The position numbers and the translations under genes are program-made. Positions 11,215-24,904 of a stretch of 64,000 bases of DNA are shown here, one piece after another. Within the stretch, counting starts at the first letter, position 1. Each line of letters opens with the position of its first letter. The stretch lies in assembly GCF_006345805.1 (NCBI RefSeq), contig NC_043025.1, positions 8,742,001 to 8,806,000 of the forward strand, written 5' to 3'. Below the pieces are notes generated by a model. The model had not been told where the DNA came from, ran no database searches, and saw only the letters and a list, made by a program, of their open reading frames with translations. The DNA comes from Octopus sinensis (taxonomy: Eukaryota).

Positions 11215-12445
11215 GAGATTGTGAGCTGCTCTCCGGCTTTATATAGCTATGGTAAGACCTCACCTGGAATTTGCATCACCGGTCTGGAACCCCTATCTTG
11301 CCCAGGATATTAATCGTCTGGAAGCCGTTCAGCGAAGTGCAACCAAACGAATACCCTCCATCAGGCATTTACCATATTCTGAACGCCTTACTTCCCTGGA
11401 CATGGACACATTAAAACTTCGACGTCTGGCAGCTGATTTGGCAGACACCCATAAAATTATTAACCATCTTACAAACAATAACTCTGAGCACCTTTTCAAA
11501 CTCCACCTGTCTAACACCCATGGACATATTTACAAAGTCAGAAAACAGCACAGCTCCCATGACTTTTGGAAACATAGCATGGAACAAACTGCCGGCATCA
11601 GTTGTTAATTGTCGGAGCACTGCATCCTTCAAAACTTCCCTGCTTCCTGAGATTCGCCAACACTACACCTGATTTTCTCCCCTCCATACACATGCAAGCA
11701 TGTATCTGACTCATGCATTGTTCGCTTTCCAGACATTTGTACATTACTGCATATACTTTATATACACTTTTGACAAGTTTTGGTGCACCTGAGCACTGTA
11801 TACAATAATTTCATTATTATTATTATTTAAAAACTCCACCTGTCTAACACCCGTGTTAGACAGGTTTACAAAGTCAGAAAACAGCACGGCTCCCATGACT
11901 TTCGGAAACATTTTTTCACGCTGAGAGTTGCTGAAGTATGGAACAAACTGCCGGCATCAGTTGTTAGTTGTCGGAGCACTGCATCCTTCAAAACTTCCAT
12001 GCTTCCTGAGAGATTCGCCAACACTACACACCTGATTTTCTCCCCTCCATACACACGCTGAGCATGGAACACACTGCTGGCATCAGTTGTTAGTTGTCGG
12101 AGCACTGCATCCTTCAAAACTTCCATGCTTTTTGAGATTCGCCAACACTACACTGATTTTCTCCCCTCCATACACAACGCTGAAGCATGGAACACACTGC
12201 CGGCATCAGTGTGTTAGTTGTCGGAGCACTGCATCCTTCAAAAATTTCTTGCTCCTGAGAGATTCCCAACACTACACCTGATTTTCTCCCCTCCATACAC
12301 ACGCTGAAGCATGGAACACACTGCCAGCATCAGTTGTTAGTTGTCGGAGCACTGCATCCTTCAAAACTTCCATGCTTTCGCACTTCTGACAAGTTGTGGT
12401 GCACCTGAGCACTGTATACAATAATTTCATCATTATTATTTTTAT
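11215..12445 (+). mobile_element. CR1-clade LINE 3' fragments, second copy with four tandem ~124-bp terminal units
   Basis: VRPHLEFASPVWNPYLAQDINRLEAVQRSATKRIP...YSERL...LKLRRLAADL; (ATT)n tails at ~11815 and ~12435. Confidence 0.9.
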
Positions 12446-13887
12446 TATTCGTTCTGTGACCGAGCAAGAGTGTGAAGCTTCTAAATAAGCAGTTCCCGTC
12501 TCCTGTGACTTTTACTATATAAAAAAGGTAAGATAATTTGATTTTCATCTTTTCTTGTTCCAGTTAATAGACTGCGGCCATGCTGGGGCACTGCTTGAAG
12601 AATTTTTAATCAAATGAATGACCCCGGGACTTATTTTTTGTTAAGCCTGGTACTTTTTTGAAAGGTCCACATACATGTGAAAGAAACAAGGAAGAAGAGG
12701 GATGAGAAAGGAAAACAAAGTAAAAGGGGAAAAAAAGAAACCCGGTGGCGGGAAGGTGTAGGGGGAAAGCGACCGAAGGAGAGGAGGGGCAAGAGACTAC
12801 ATATCCCAGAACAAGTAGGGTGCTCACTTGAGCCCTGCAGTAAAGAGAATGGGGGCATTGCCATGGAGAATGGCCAGTGACACTCGCTGCAGCGACCACC
12901 CCACCTGACAGGGCTCATTTCTCCAACAAGCCGCAGTTATCCCTATTTTGTGGAAGAAGTCGGCCATGCTGCAGCACTGCCCTAAAGGGTTTTTTTAGTT
13001 GAAGAAATCAACCCCAGAACTTATTCTGTCAGTCTCTTTTTGTTGAACCGCTAAGTTACAGGGGCATAAACACACCAACATTGGTTGCCAAGTGATGATG
13101 GGGGGACAAACCGACACACACACACACACACACACCACACACACACACAAACACACACATGTAGCAACATGATGCAGCACGAAGTTTTGTCAAGTGGACA
13201 GGTCGGGGTTTCAAACCAACGAAAATATTTTGACACAAATCAAAAATTTAACGGGGTATTTTTTTGTGTTTTTAAATGGCTTATAAATATCTTCCACGCT
13301 GCAATTGATTTTGTTTCAGCCCACGATCTCAGATCAAGTCACTCGCTATGCAAGTACATCTCCGTAATATATATATAATTTAAATTTTAAATTTTATATA
13401 TTTTGTATATTATATTAAATATTTTAATTTCTATGTTTTGGTTTATGTTTTTCACTGTTTGATTTGCCTAATAGGGGTTTTATCTCTAATTTAATTTATA
13501 TATATATATATGAGTTGCGACGTCACTGGTGCCAAGCTGTATCGACCTTTGTCTTTCCCTTGGATAACACTGGTGGCGTGGAGAGGGGAGGCCGGTATGC
13601 ATGGGCGACTGCTGGTCTTCCATAAAAAACAACCTTGCCCGGACTTGTGTCTAGGAGGGTAACTTTCTAGGTGCAATCCCATGGTCATTCATGACCGAAG
13701 GGGGTCTTTTATATATGTGTGTGTGTGGTGTGTGTGTAATATATATATATATATGTTAAGGTATGTAGAAAAATACAACATGGACAAGAACGTATAACTC
13801 ATAGAAGACGATACAATAAACATGGACAGGACATTCGAACCCCTCAGTCTTCAGTCAAGAACCGGATCATCGTAGTAATTTCGGCTG

Positions 13888-13961
<74 letters not shown>

Positions 13962-13968
13962 ATATATA

Positions 13969-14012
<44 letters not shown>

Positions 14013-14231
14013 GTATATGTATATGTATGTATGATAGATCGTTAGCCACTACAACAATTTTTTTTCTGTCCTTCTTTTTTTTTTTCTGTGTCCCTTTCTG
14101 TAGAAGAGTGTAGGCTCCAAACGTAAAAGACTTCTATTCCTGAGCGTTATACTAATACATCTGTTTGTTTTGTACAACACCTGTTTTCGTCTTTTGTTTT
14201 TTTTTTCCGTAAACTCTCTCTATATGTGTGA

Positions 14232-14266
<35 letters not shown>

Positions 14267-14897
14267 CACGACGGACTTCTTTCAGTTTCCGTCTAGCAAA
14301 CCCACTCACAAGGTGTTGGTCAGCCCTAGGCTATGTGCAATTCTCTGCAAAAAAATTTCGTTGACGATGTTTTTCCGGCGCTCTTTTAGAAACGCACTTC
14401 TCCAAGAAAATGACGCTTAATTGCAAAAAAAAGAAAGGAGTTTGGAAGATGGGAAATATATACAAAATAAATGAAGTATACAAAAAAAAAGTAGAAAGAT
14501 TCATCGGTTTTTAAATATTTTCTACTAAAAATGAAACAAACGGAAAACGGGCACTTGCGAATATAAAGCAAAATAACGATACAAGGGCGGTAACTTACTT
14601 TTACCAGTCAGATATTAATGATAGGAACTGTTAGTAGACCGTTTCAAAATCCGTTTCTTAGAATTCAGTTTATAACTAATATATACTATTATGTCAAATT
14701 TTGTGCCTGAACGTGGAATTTTTAATGCTATGTCCTTATTCCTATAAGGTCTTTTCGGTGTTGAAAACTGCCGTTCAAAAGGAAAAGATCCCTATGTTAC
14801 TAGACACAAGATTTTATAACATTTTTCTAACATAACGACTTAAATATATTCTTTAATCTTATAACATAAGCCTTCTGTAGTTTTTCACTCTTTTATC

Positions 14898-14960
<63 letters not shown>

Positions 14961-14961
<1 letters not shown>

Positions 14962-15444
14962 TATAGAGAGTGGTCACTATATGGCTCACTCTAGCACCAG
15001 TTAATCCAAAAGGTTTCAACCACAAAAATACATGTTCCCATGAAAGTCAGTACGATTGTTAGCTCACACGGACAGGGCAAATAAAAATAACAAAAATACA
15101 GATTATTTTGGACAATTGTTTCGCTATTAATGAATTAAATGTAATTTTACTTACCAAAAAAATCCACTTGTAGCTCGTCAGCCAAAACTATCTGGATGAA
15201 ATCCACTCAATCACACGCCAGATTTTACCATAACGATAAATACGCGTGTGGTTCAATTGATTACATCCGACGTTATAATTCAAACAATTGTCCCAAAATA
15301 ATCTGTATTTTTGTTATTTTTTATTTGCCCTGTCCGTGGTGCTAACAATCGTACTGACTTTCATGGGAAACATGTATTTTTGTGGTTGAAACCTTTTGGA
15401 TTAACTGGTGCTAGAGTGAGCCATATAGTGACCACTCTCTATAT
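14961..15444. mobile_element. Palindromic non-autonomous element with ~160-bp near-perfect arms and 160-bp spacer carrying a hammerhead (Penelope-like derivative inferred)
   Basis: Arms 14961-15121 and 15282-15444 are reverse complements; (TA)n on the left. Confidence 0.75.
15105..15188 (-). ncRNA. Dispersed type I hammerhead inside an inverted-repeat element
   Basis: GUUUUGG CUGACGA GCUA-(44 nt)-UAGC GAAA CAAUUG UC/CAAAAU; stem I is one C short here, but the mirrored arm (15282-15300) has GTCCCAAAAT, which gives a perfect 7-bp stem I. Confidence 0.65.
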
Positions 15445-15719
15445 TTATTTTGTAAAAATATTATAATATATTTAAAATATTATAATAATCCAGGTTTCTC
15501 GGAGCACTAGGCCCTTGGTGTTGAATAGATATACTATTAAATTAGTATCTAATTCTCTCACCCTTATTAATTAATTATATATATATATATATATATATTA
15601 CATACAAAATTTAAAGGACTGACCACTAAAAGTGGACGGTCAATATGCTAGATATAGACGTCAAAATCGCTATTTTCCACGAAGAATGTGTTCTCAAGAA
15701 AAAAACTCAGCACAAAACC

Positions 15720-15975
15720 AAACTTTGGAACAAATTGCTGGCATCAGTTGTTAGTTGTCGGAACACTGCATCCTTCAAAACTTCCATGCTTCCTGAGATT
15801 CACCAACACTACACCTGATCTTCTCCCCTCCATACACACAAGCAAGCATGTATCTGACTCATACACTGTTCACTTCCCAGACATTTCTACATTACTGCAT
15901 ATACTTTATACGCACTTTCTGACAAGTTGTGGTGCACGTGAGCACTGTATACAATAATTTCATTGTTATTATTAT
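15720..15975 (+). mobile_element. Same CR1 family, short 3' end with a single terminal unit
   Basis: TGGAACAAATTGCTGGCATCAG...ATAATTTCATTGTTATTATT matches 11580-11825. Confidence 0.85.
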
Positions 15976-16620
15976 ATAAAATCAAATCAAAATCGATCAA
16001 TGTCAATGGAAATTGTAGCTGTGATACCAGTGCTGGTGGCACATAAGAGAACCATCCGAACGTGGCCGTTGCCAGCGCCGCCCCGACTGGCTTCCGTGCT
16101 GGTGGCACATAAAAAGCACCATCCAATCGTAGCCGTTTGCCAGCCTTGCCTGGCCTCCGTGCCGGTGACACGAAAAAAGCACCATCCGATCGTGGCCGTT
16201 TGGCACCCTCCTCTGGCACCTGTGCCGGTGGCACGTAAAAAGCACCCACTACACTCATGGAGTGGTTGGCATTAGGAAGGGCATCCAGCCATAGAAACAT
16301 TGCCAGATCTGACTGGGCCTGGTGCAGCCTTCTGGCTTCCCAGACCCCAGTTGCACCGTCCAACCCATGCCAGCATGGAAAACGGACGCTAAACGATGAT
16401 GATGATGATGAAAATGAAGAAACAATTTAGGGATATTATAATGTTAGATTATTAACAGTTATCGCCAAGCTAATATGGCAGTCCATAAATATAAGACTAA
16501 AGCTGCCGTTGATTAGCTCCAAGAGGCCATCGCCTCTAGCTTGCTATATGACACACGAACCTGTGTCCATTATAACCTCCGAACAGGGGAGGTCAGCCGC
16601 TTCCCCTTGCTGGTCAGACA

Positions 16621-16663
16621 TCTGCAGACATGTTTCAGGGTATTTGCCCTTTATCAATGCAGA
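16621..16663 (-). ncRNA. Minimal type I hammerhead with U3-A8 covariant core
   Basis: UCUGCA UUGAUAA AGGG-CAAAUA-CCCU GAAA CAUG UC/UGCAGA: perfect 6-bp stem I, 4-bp stem II, palindromic stem III, GUC triplet, C3-G8 replaced by U3-A8. Confidence 0.75.
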
Positions 16664-17497
16664 GTAGCCAGACCCAGCAGGCGTCGCTACTAACCGTCTG
16701 TTCGAAGGATTATTTACCTAATTTCAGTGGAATACATCCACTGGTTTTCAAAGATAGAAATATTAAAATTTCTGTTAGATTATTTATTCATTTTACAAAT
16801 GAGAACCCATACACACACATGTATGTATATAGCTTTGTCGGGGCCTTAAATATAGAGGATATTTTATTTAGGAAAATTATATTTTTCAAACATACAGACG
16901 TTACAAATGAGCATCAATGGTTTGTTGCATGTCATATTACCTTCCATCACTTGAAGTAAATTGTTACCTGTCAATCTGTAGGCCTCTGGCCTTTCTCATT
17001 TCCACCTGTCCCACACTGACTTTTGCAGTTTTCTCTTTTTCTGTAGCCCCCCCCCCCCACTTACAAATTATGGATCTTTTCGGTTTGAATGGCAGTTTTT
17101 TCTAGAGGTGTCATGTGAAATTGTCACCCATAATTATGACCCTAGTATCGATCTGTTGCATTTCAATCTGTTTTAGGGTTAGGGTTAGGGGTGGGGGAAA
17201 GGGTATCTTTTTTTCTTCACAAATGTAAATAAACCCAATCTGTTTCTTAAATGAGGGACATATTCATATGGCACAGAATGCTTTTTACCTCAATAGACAT
17301 CATTGATTGGTTGAAATTGCAGAAATTGAAGAAAAAGAACAACAAATATCTTACAAACCATAGAATTTTCTCAATAAAGCCAAGAGAAAAAGATGTTTTA
17401 TAAACACATTCTACCAGTATACGAAGTTTAAAAGTGTTTAGTTTCGTAGAAATTATTTTAAAAAACTGCCGTTCAAACGGAAAAGATCCCCAATGTC

Positions 17498-17822
17498 TTA
17501 TGTCCACCGGTCCATTCCAATACACACGCCTTTCCCTGCATACCAAGCACCAAAGTCTTCATACCAGATTTGTTTCTTATCGTCTAAAGCATGGTGCAAC
17601 ATCGAACAAACATGACACCAAAGGTCGATATAGTAAAATTTTCCTGTTCCTTTCCATTTGAAATACTCATTATAAAGAGTATCATTTTTATCAAGTTTAT
17701 GCAGGTAAGCTGCTAATTCTTTCGCTGACTGGAAATCCTCGTAGTGGATGTATGAATTCTCAGGTGCTACTCTGCGGTAATCATCTGGATGGGCACCCAT
17801 TACAATTGGAATAACATTGTGT
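17498..17822 (-). CDS. Alpha-1,3-fucosyltransferase, coding exon 2 (C-terminal)
   Basis: Polypyrimidine acceptor ...TATTCCAG|A at 17823/17822 completes the CA|A codon: RNALQ-HNVIPIVMGAHPDDY...SYIHYEDF..AKELAAYL..LDKNDTLYNEYFKWK, stop TAA 17500-17498. Spliced product about 413 aa once the frameshift is repaired. Confidence 0.9.
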
Positions 17823-18099
17823 CTGGAATAGATAAAAATGTGAAAATATATTTTCTATAAAACATATTCAAAGGAGAAATAAAGGTTCACATGAGTAAAT
17901 TATAAATAAATCTTATATAACTTATAGGCACAGGAGTGGCTGTGTGGTAAGTAGCTTGTTTACCAACCACATGGTTCTGGGATCAGTCCCACTGTGTGGC
18001 ACCTTGGGCAAGTGTCTTCTACTATAGCCTTGGGCTGACCAAAGCCTTGTGAGTGGATTTGGTAGACGGAAACGGAAAGAAGCCGGTCGTATATATGTG

Positions 18100-18734
<635 letters not shown>

Positions 18735-18735
<1 letters not shown>

Positions 18736-19646
18736 GTGTATATTTGGAGGGCAAGCCACTATGTGGTCGACCGTATGCTAGAAGTAGATCACCCATGATC
18801 AAACTACAAAGAAAGAATGTTCTCTAGAGGAAAATTCAGCGGACACCAGAACGAAAATGCAGGCAAGACAGATGAAAATTATATAAAAACCCAGAATTAC
18901 TCGCAGACCGGCGGTTCGCCTATTAACGAATGAATCACTTATGTAATCCATTGTCCGTAGGCTCGTCAGTGTGATCGTTCCACAGGTAATGCAATTTGTA
19001 AAGTTAACCATCAGTATTCTGTATAAAAACAGACACGTGCTTAGCTTCACCGATTTCATTGGTGTTAATTTCAAATGTCTTAGTTCTGGCGCGCTAAAAT
19101 TCCGGAAACAAAAACCGCAGCAAATAATTTACTGCAGTTTGTTTCTTTATTGCCCACAAGGGGCTAACATAGATGGGGACAGCACAACATGATTGGGGTC
19201 ATGTTAAAACAATGATGAACGGCATAAAATGCTAGTGAAAATATAATAAATTTTACAAAAAAATCAAAAAATCGAATTTACACTTTTTACAACAAACAAC
19301 AAAAGGCGCATGAAGTGGAAAAGAAAAACAGGATTGCCGACCCCAAAAAAATTACTGCAGTTATGCCCCCTATTAGGGAACATATTTATATTATCATTTA
19401 AATAATGAGGGAGATAAATTGAATGTTAATTTAATTAACATCAATTTAAAACCAGTAGCCTAGCATACAAAAATGAGAATTCTACTACACGTGTATATTT
19501 GGAGGGGAGAACCACTATGTGGTCGACCGTATGCTAGAAGTAGATCACCAACGATCAAACTACAAAGAAAAGAATGTTCTCTAGAGGAAAATTCAGCGGA
19601 CACCAGAACGAAAATGCGGGCAAGACAGATGAAAATTATATAAAAA
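18735..19646. mobile_element. Element with ~155-bp direct repeats (18735-18889, 19491-19646) enclosing a hammerhead motif, flanked by (TA)n
   Basis: TGTGTATATTTGGAGGG...GAAAATTATATAAAA occurs twice; pseudo-LTR-like layout is inference. Confidence 0.55.
18901..18974 (-). ncRNA. Degenerate type I hammerhead (GAAA written as GAA)
   Basis: UCACA CUGACGA GCCUA-(35 nt)-UAGGC GAA CCGCCGG UC/UGCGA; one A missing from the core and one stem I mismatch. Confidence 0.5.
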
Positions 19647-19649
19647 TAC

Positions 19650-19700
<51 letters not shown>

Positions 19701-19808
19701 CGTGACCGACCAGGCTATCATATGTTGTTACACATTGCTGGTCGCAATGCGCTTCGCATTGTTTTAGCCTTCAAATGACGCCAACCCGCTGGCTAAGCGA
19801 GCAGGCCA

Positions 19809-19866
<58 letters not shown>

Positions 19867-19944
19867 TATTATGTATATATATATATATATATAATATATA
19901 TTATATAGATATGTATATACTTATATATATATATATATGTATAT

Positions 19945-19978
<34 letters not shown>

Positions 19979-20094
19979 GTATATATTATATATATATATA
20001 ATATATATATATATATTATATATATATGTATATACTTATATATATATAATATATATATATTATATATATATAGTATATACTTAATATATATATA

Positions 20095-20134
<40 letters not shown>

Positions 20135-20137
20135 ATA

Positions 20138-20181
<44 letters not shown>

Positions 20182-20659
20182 TGTGTGTGTGTATGTTTGT
20201 GTGTCTGTGTTTGTCCCCCGACATCGCTTGACAACCGATGCTGTGTGTTTATGTCCCCGTAACTTAGCGGTCATAATTATGGGTGACAATTTCATTTGAC
20301 ACCGCTAGAAAAAAGCTGCCGTTCAAACCGAAAAGATCCAAATTAAAATAAATTACAAAAAAAAAGGACAAAGACAAAGCCAATCTCAAAAGGATGGGGG
20401 GTGTTCAGGGGAGAGCCATCCGGGGCAGAATAAAACCAAGGAGTTGCTTATTGTTAAGGGTTTATTACCGGTATTTGAGTAGAGTGATTTGCAAGGGGTT
20501 ATATCGTACGTCGAAACATTTAAAAGAATAAATACAAGGCCATTGATCTCGACCTGTCTAGGTCAATCCACAGGACGCCTCATTTAAACAGTTACATTTC
20601 TTCCCTTTTCACGTTTAACCAGTTAAATTTCTCTCCCTCTCTCTTTCTTTGTCTCTCAT

Positions 20660-22020
20660 AATAATAATAATAATGATGAAATTATTGTATACAGTGCTCA
20701 GGTGCACCACAACTTGTCAGAAAGTGCGCATAAAGTATATGCAGTAATGTAGAAATGTCTGGGAAGTGAACAGTGTATGAGTCAGATACATGCTTGCTTG
20801 TGTGTATGGAGGGGAGAAAATCAGGTGTAGTGTTGGCGAATCTCAGGAAGCATGGGAGTTTTGAAGGATGCAGTGCTCCGACAACTAACAACTGATGCCG
20901 GCAGTTTGTTCCATGCTTCAGCGTGTGTATGGAGGGGAAGAGAAAATCAGGTTAGTGTTGGCGAATCTCAGAAAGCATGGAAGTTTTGAAGGATGCAGTG
21001 CTCCGACGACTAACAACTGATGCCGGCAGTTTGTTCCATGCTTCAGCGTGTGTATGGAGGGGAGAAAATCAGGTGTAGTGTTGGCGAATCTCTCAGGAGC
21101 ATGGAAGTTTTGAAGGATGCAGTGCTCCGACAACTAACAACTGATGCCGGCAGTGTGTTCCATGCTTCAGCGTGTGTATGGAGGGGAGAAAATCCGGTGT
21201 AGTGTTGGCGAATCTCAGGAAGCATGGAAGTTTTGAAGGATGCAGTGCTCCGACAAGTAACAACTGATGCCGGCTGTTTGTTCCATGCTTCAGCGTGTGT
21301 ATTGAGGGGAGAAAATCAGGTGTAGTGTTGGCGAATCTCTCAGGAAGCATGGAGTTTTGAAGGATGCAGTGCTCCGACAACTAACAACTGATGCCGGCAG
21401 TTTGTTCATGCTTCAGCGTGTGTATGGAGGGAAGAAAATCAGGTGTAGTGTTGCCGAATCTCAGGAAGCATGGAAGTTTTGAAGATGCAGTGCTCCGACA
21501 ACTAACAACTGATGCCGGCAGTTTGTTCCATGCTTCAGCGTGTGTATGGAGGGGAAGAGAAAATCAGGTGTAGTGTTGGCGAATCTCAGAAAGCATGGAA
21601 GTTTTGAAGGATGGAGTGCTCCGACAACTAACAACTGATGCCGGCAGTTTGTTCCATGCTTCAGCGTGTGTATAGAGGGGAGAAAATCAGGTGTAGTGTT
21701 GGCGAATCTCTCAGGAAGCAGGGAAGTTTTGAAGGATGCAGTGCTCTGACAACTAACAACTGATGCCGGCAGTTTGTTCCATGCTTCAGCAACTCTAAGC
21801 GTGAAAAATTGTTTCCTAAAGTCATGGAAGGAGCTGTGCTGTTTTCTGACTTTGTAAATATGTCCACGGGTGTTAGACGGGTGGAGTTTGAAAAGTTATT
21901 GCTTCTAAGATGGTTGATAATTTTATGGGTGTCTGCCAAGTCAGCTGCCAGACGTCGGAGTTTTAATGTGTCCATGCCCAAGGAAGTAAGGCGTTCAGAA
22001 TATGGCAAATGCCTGACGAT
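20660..22020 (-). mobile_element. Same CR1 family, 3' fragment with eight tandem ~124-bp units
   Basis: PYSERLTSLGMDTLKLRRLAADL at 22008-21940; GGATGCAGTGCTC recurs near 20866, 20991, 21115, 21238, 21362, 21484, 21609, 21734. Confidence 0.9.
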
Positions 22021-22559
22021 CTATCTCCCTTTCTCCTCTCTCTCTCTCTCTGTAAATTTAATTAAGGACAGTTCCATACAAATTGAAATATATCCTAGAA
22101 TAAAAATGCTACCTTCATTTTTGTACATACATGTTAAAACATGCAAAATACAAACATATCATTGCTGGTGATTCATAAATATTAAAAATCACTCCAGGGA
22201 ATTTTGCAAAGCTGAAAGCCATTTTTAAAAGCCCTGCTTAATCTCAGTGGCGGCGCAATGGCCCAGTGGTTAGGGAAGCAGACTCGCGGTCGTAGGATTG
22301 TGGTTTTGATTCCCAAACCAGGCATTGTGAGTGTTTATTGAGCAAAAACATTTAAAGCTCCATGAGGCTCCGACGGGGTGTAGTGGTGAACCCTGCTGTA
22401 CTCTCACCACAACTTTCTCTCACTCTTTCTTCCTGTTTCTGTTGTGCCTGTATTTCAAAGGGCTAGCCTTGTCACACTCTGTGTCACGCTGAATCTCCCC
22501 GAGAACTACATTAAGGGTACACATGTCTGTAGAGTGCTCAGCCACTTGAACGTTAATAA

Positions 22560-22915
22560 ATGAGCTGCGACGTCACTGGTGCCAAGCTGTATCGGCCCCT
22601 TTGCCTTTCCCTTGGGTAACATCGTTGGCGTGGAGAGGGGAGCCTGGTATGCATGGGCGACTGCTGGTCTTCCATAAACAACCTTGCCCAGACTTGTGCC
22701 TCAGAGGGTAACTCTCTAGGTACAATCCCATGGTCAGCTATGACTGAAGGGGGTCTTTACCCTTTACCCTATGTACATATAAGGGTGTGGAGAGGGGAGG
22801 CCGGTATGCATGGGTGACAGCTGGTCTTCCATAAACAACCTTGCTTGGACTTGTGCCTCGGAGGGTAACTTTCTAGGAGCAACCCCACGGTCATTCATGA
22901 CCGAAGGGGGTCACA
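22560..22915 (+). mobile_element. SINE-like 3' repeat, locally duplicated; also 13510-13710 and 58420-58520
   Basis: GCGACGTCACTGGTGCCAAGCTGTATCG...GGTCATTCATGACCGAAGGGGGTC. Confidence 0.7.
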
Positions 22916-22981
22916 ACACAACTTAATCTCATTAATTCAAATACAAAGAAACTTATACAGATTTAAAATCCAAGTACTTAC

Positions 22982-23899
22982 TGCAAAGCGTTGCGCAAGA
23001 GTTTCTCAGTAATATAATCTCTACAGTTGGAATTTTCAAATGCCAAGTAAAATTTATATTCTTTTTCTAACATTTCGAAACATATCGAATTTTTTGTACA
23101 GGTTTTTGCACCACAAACACCATAAATATCCACCTGGATATATTTTCCAAGTTCCTCAGCATAGCCCCTTCGATCATTGCTAGGACAGCAATTGGAAGTG
23201 AACCAAGCAACCTTCTTTGTTTTTCCCTTGGCATAATTTAAGTATTGTTTTCTCTGCCTTACTGAATCGATAAAATATTCATATTTCTGGAAGGGATATG
23301 CAATCGTACTGTCCTGACGATATGTGATCGTCCAATTGATTCTGTTCCCCAAGTGTCTAACTGACGGGTTGAAATTAGGAGACTCCTGTCATGTATATCC
23401 ATATCTGATTTGAGTTCTTTGGTTTCTCGGATATTCCTACTGTCTCATAAAAGAAAATAGCATCCACGCTGTCACGCTTTGTTTTGTCATATGTAACCAG
23501 GCATTCATTGACTGGGCAGTTCTGTGCCAAGAAAGTCCCTTGATTTTCTTTCAATGGTCGCAGATACTTTAAATTGTGTATTAATAATGTTTTAAACTTT
23601 CGTCGAATCGGTTTTGACTTGACATTTTCATCAGCATCTGACTGATTTGGGGACACATTCCGTTCATCATTTCCCCGTCTTTTCTTTGCCGATAAGGTAT
23701 ATCTTAGTTGAGCTTTCATTCGATCATTACCTGATTGTTTACCCGGAACTAGTAGAGACGAATAGCTTGTGTAGGAAACAGGTTGCTGTATCCCTATGAC
23801 AACATTTTGTTTGAATTTACAAAAATAGAAGTAATAAATGAATGCGATTATTGTTACGAAAAAGAGAAATACAAAATATTTTCGCCTGCAGGTTCTCAT
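22982..23899 (-). CDS. Alpha-1,3-fucosyltransferase (GT10, FucTA-like), coding exon 1, with one frameshift near 23383-23389
   Basis: ATG 23899 MRTCRRKYFVFLFFVTIIAFIYYFYF (type II membrane anchor), then NCPVNEC, WIYMT(G)ESP, NWTITYRQDS, VAWFTSNC and the GT10 motif YKFYLAFENSNCRDYITEKL. Donor CA|GTAAGT at 22981-22976. The two ORFs 23375-24091 and 22978-23352 join by a 1-nt shift. Confidence 0.9.
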
Positions 23900-24904
23900 T
23901 GCCTTTTGAGTGTTGTAAATATTGTGAATTACCTGTTTATGTAGTAGGTAGCATTTGTTGATTGTGAGAGAGAGACGGAGTGGGAGGCAGAAAGAAAGAG
24001 AGAGCGCAACAACTATGTGAAACAGGTTGGATAGAATAATACAAAATATGTATACGTGTATATATGTATATATATGTATACATGTATACATGAGAGAAAA
24101 TAAAGAGTAAAGGCTTTCAGGTGCTGAATATTAAAGTTCAGATATATTAATCCAGAGATTCCGTCTGTCGCTACGTTCTGAGTTCAAATTCCGCCGAAGT
24201 CGACTTTACCTTTCATCCTCTCGGGATCGATAATGAAGTACCAATTTCGTAATGGGTCGATATAAGTGACTTAATCTGTTTGTCTGTCCTTGTTTGTCCC
24301 CTCAATGTTTAACCCTTTGTGGGTAGTAAAGAAATAAGAAACGTTAGCACGCTGGGCGAAATGCTTTGCGGTATTTTGTCTGTCATTGCGTTCTGAGTTC
24401 AAATTCTGCCGAGGTCGACTTTGCCTTTCATCCTCTTGGGGTCGATAATAAAGTAGCAGTTTCGTACTGGGTCGATATAATCGACTTAATCCCTTTGTTT
24501 GTCCCCACTATGTTTAGCCCTTTGTGGGTAGTAAAGAAATATATATTAATATAGAGATCCAGTTTACACAGAATACAAAGGCAGAGAAAATTAAAGGAGA
24601 GGAAATAAGGTGTTGTAAGTCCAGCAGCTGTCTTTAGGGGCTTCGAGGTCCATCATGATGCTAGTAGATGTCACAATATGCAGACTGTAAAGGACGCAAT
24701 CAACAGTGGATGAGACGATCCTCCATTATCAGGTAGGAAATATCTTACATTTCGGACCACAGTACAATGAGGTTCAAAAGTAGAATGATTAAATGTGGAG
24801 AGCAAGTAGTGGGGGGTCAATAGGGTTGTGGGGAGTGGTAAGATGGAATGACGGGGAAGATAAGGGAGCTAGTTCATGAAAGAGGGGGCACTAATAATGA
24901 GGGT

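Noticed and set aside
13810-13865. Minus-strand CUGAAGA...CGAAUGUCCUGUC hammerhead-like string
   Set aside because: GAAA absent, no stem II or stem I pairing.
23900-24091. N-terminal 64 aa of the 238-aa ORF as part of FucT
   Set aside because: Derived from (TA)/(CT) simple sequence and a likely intron acceptor region; the type II anchor begins at Met 23899.
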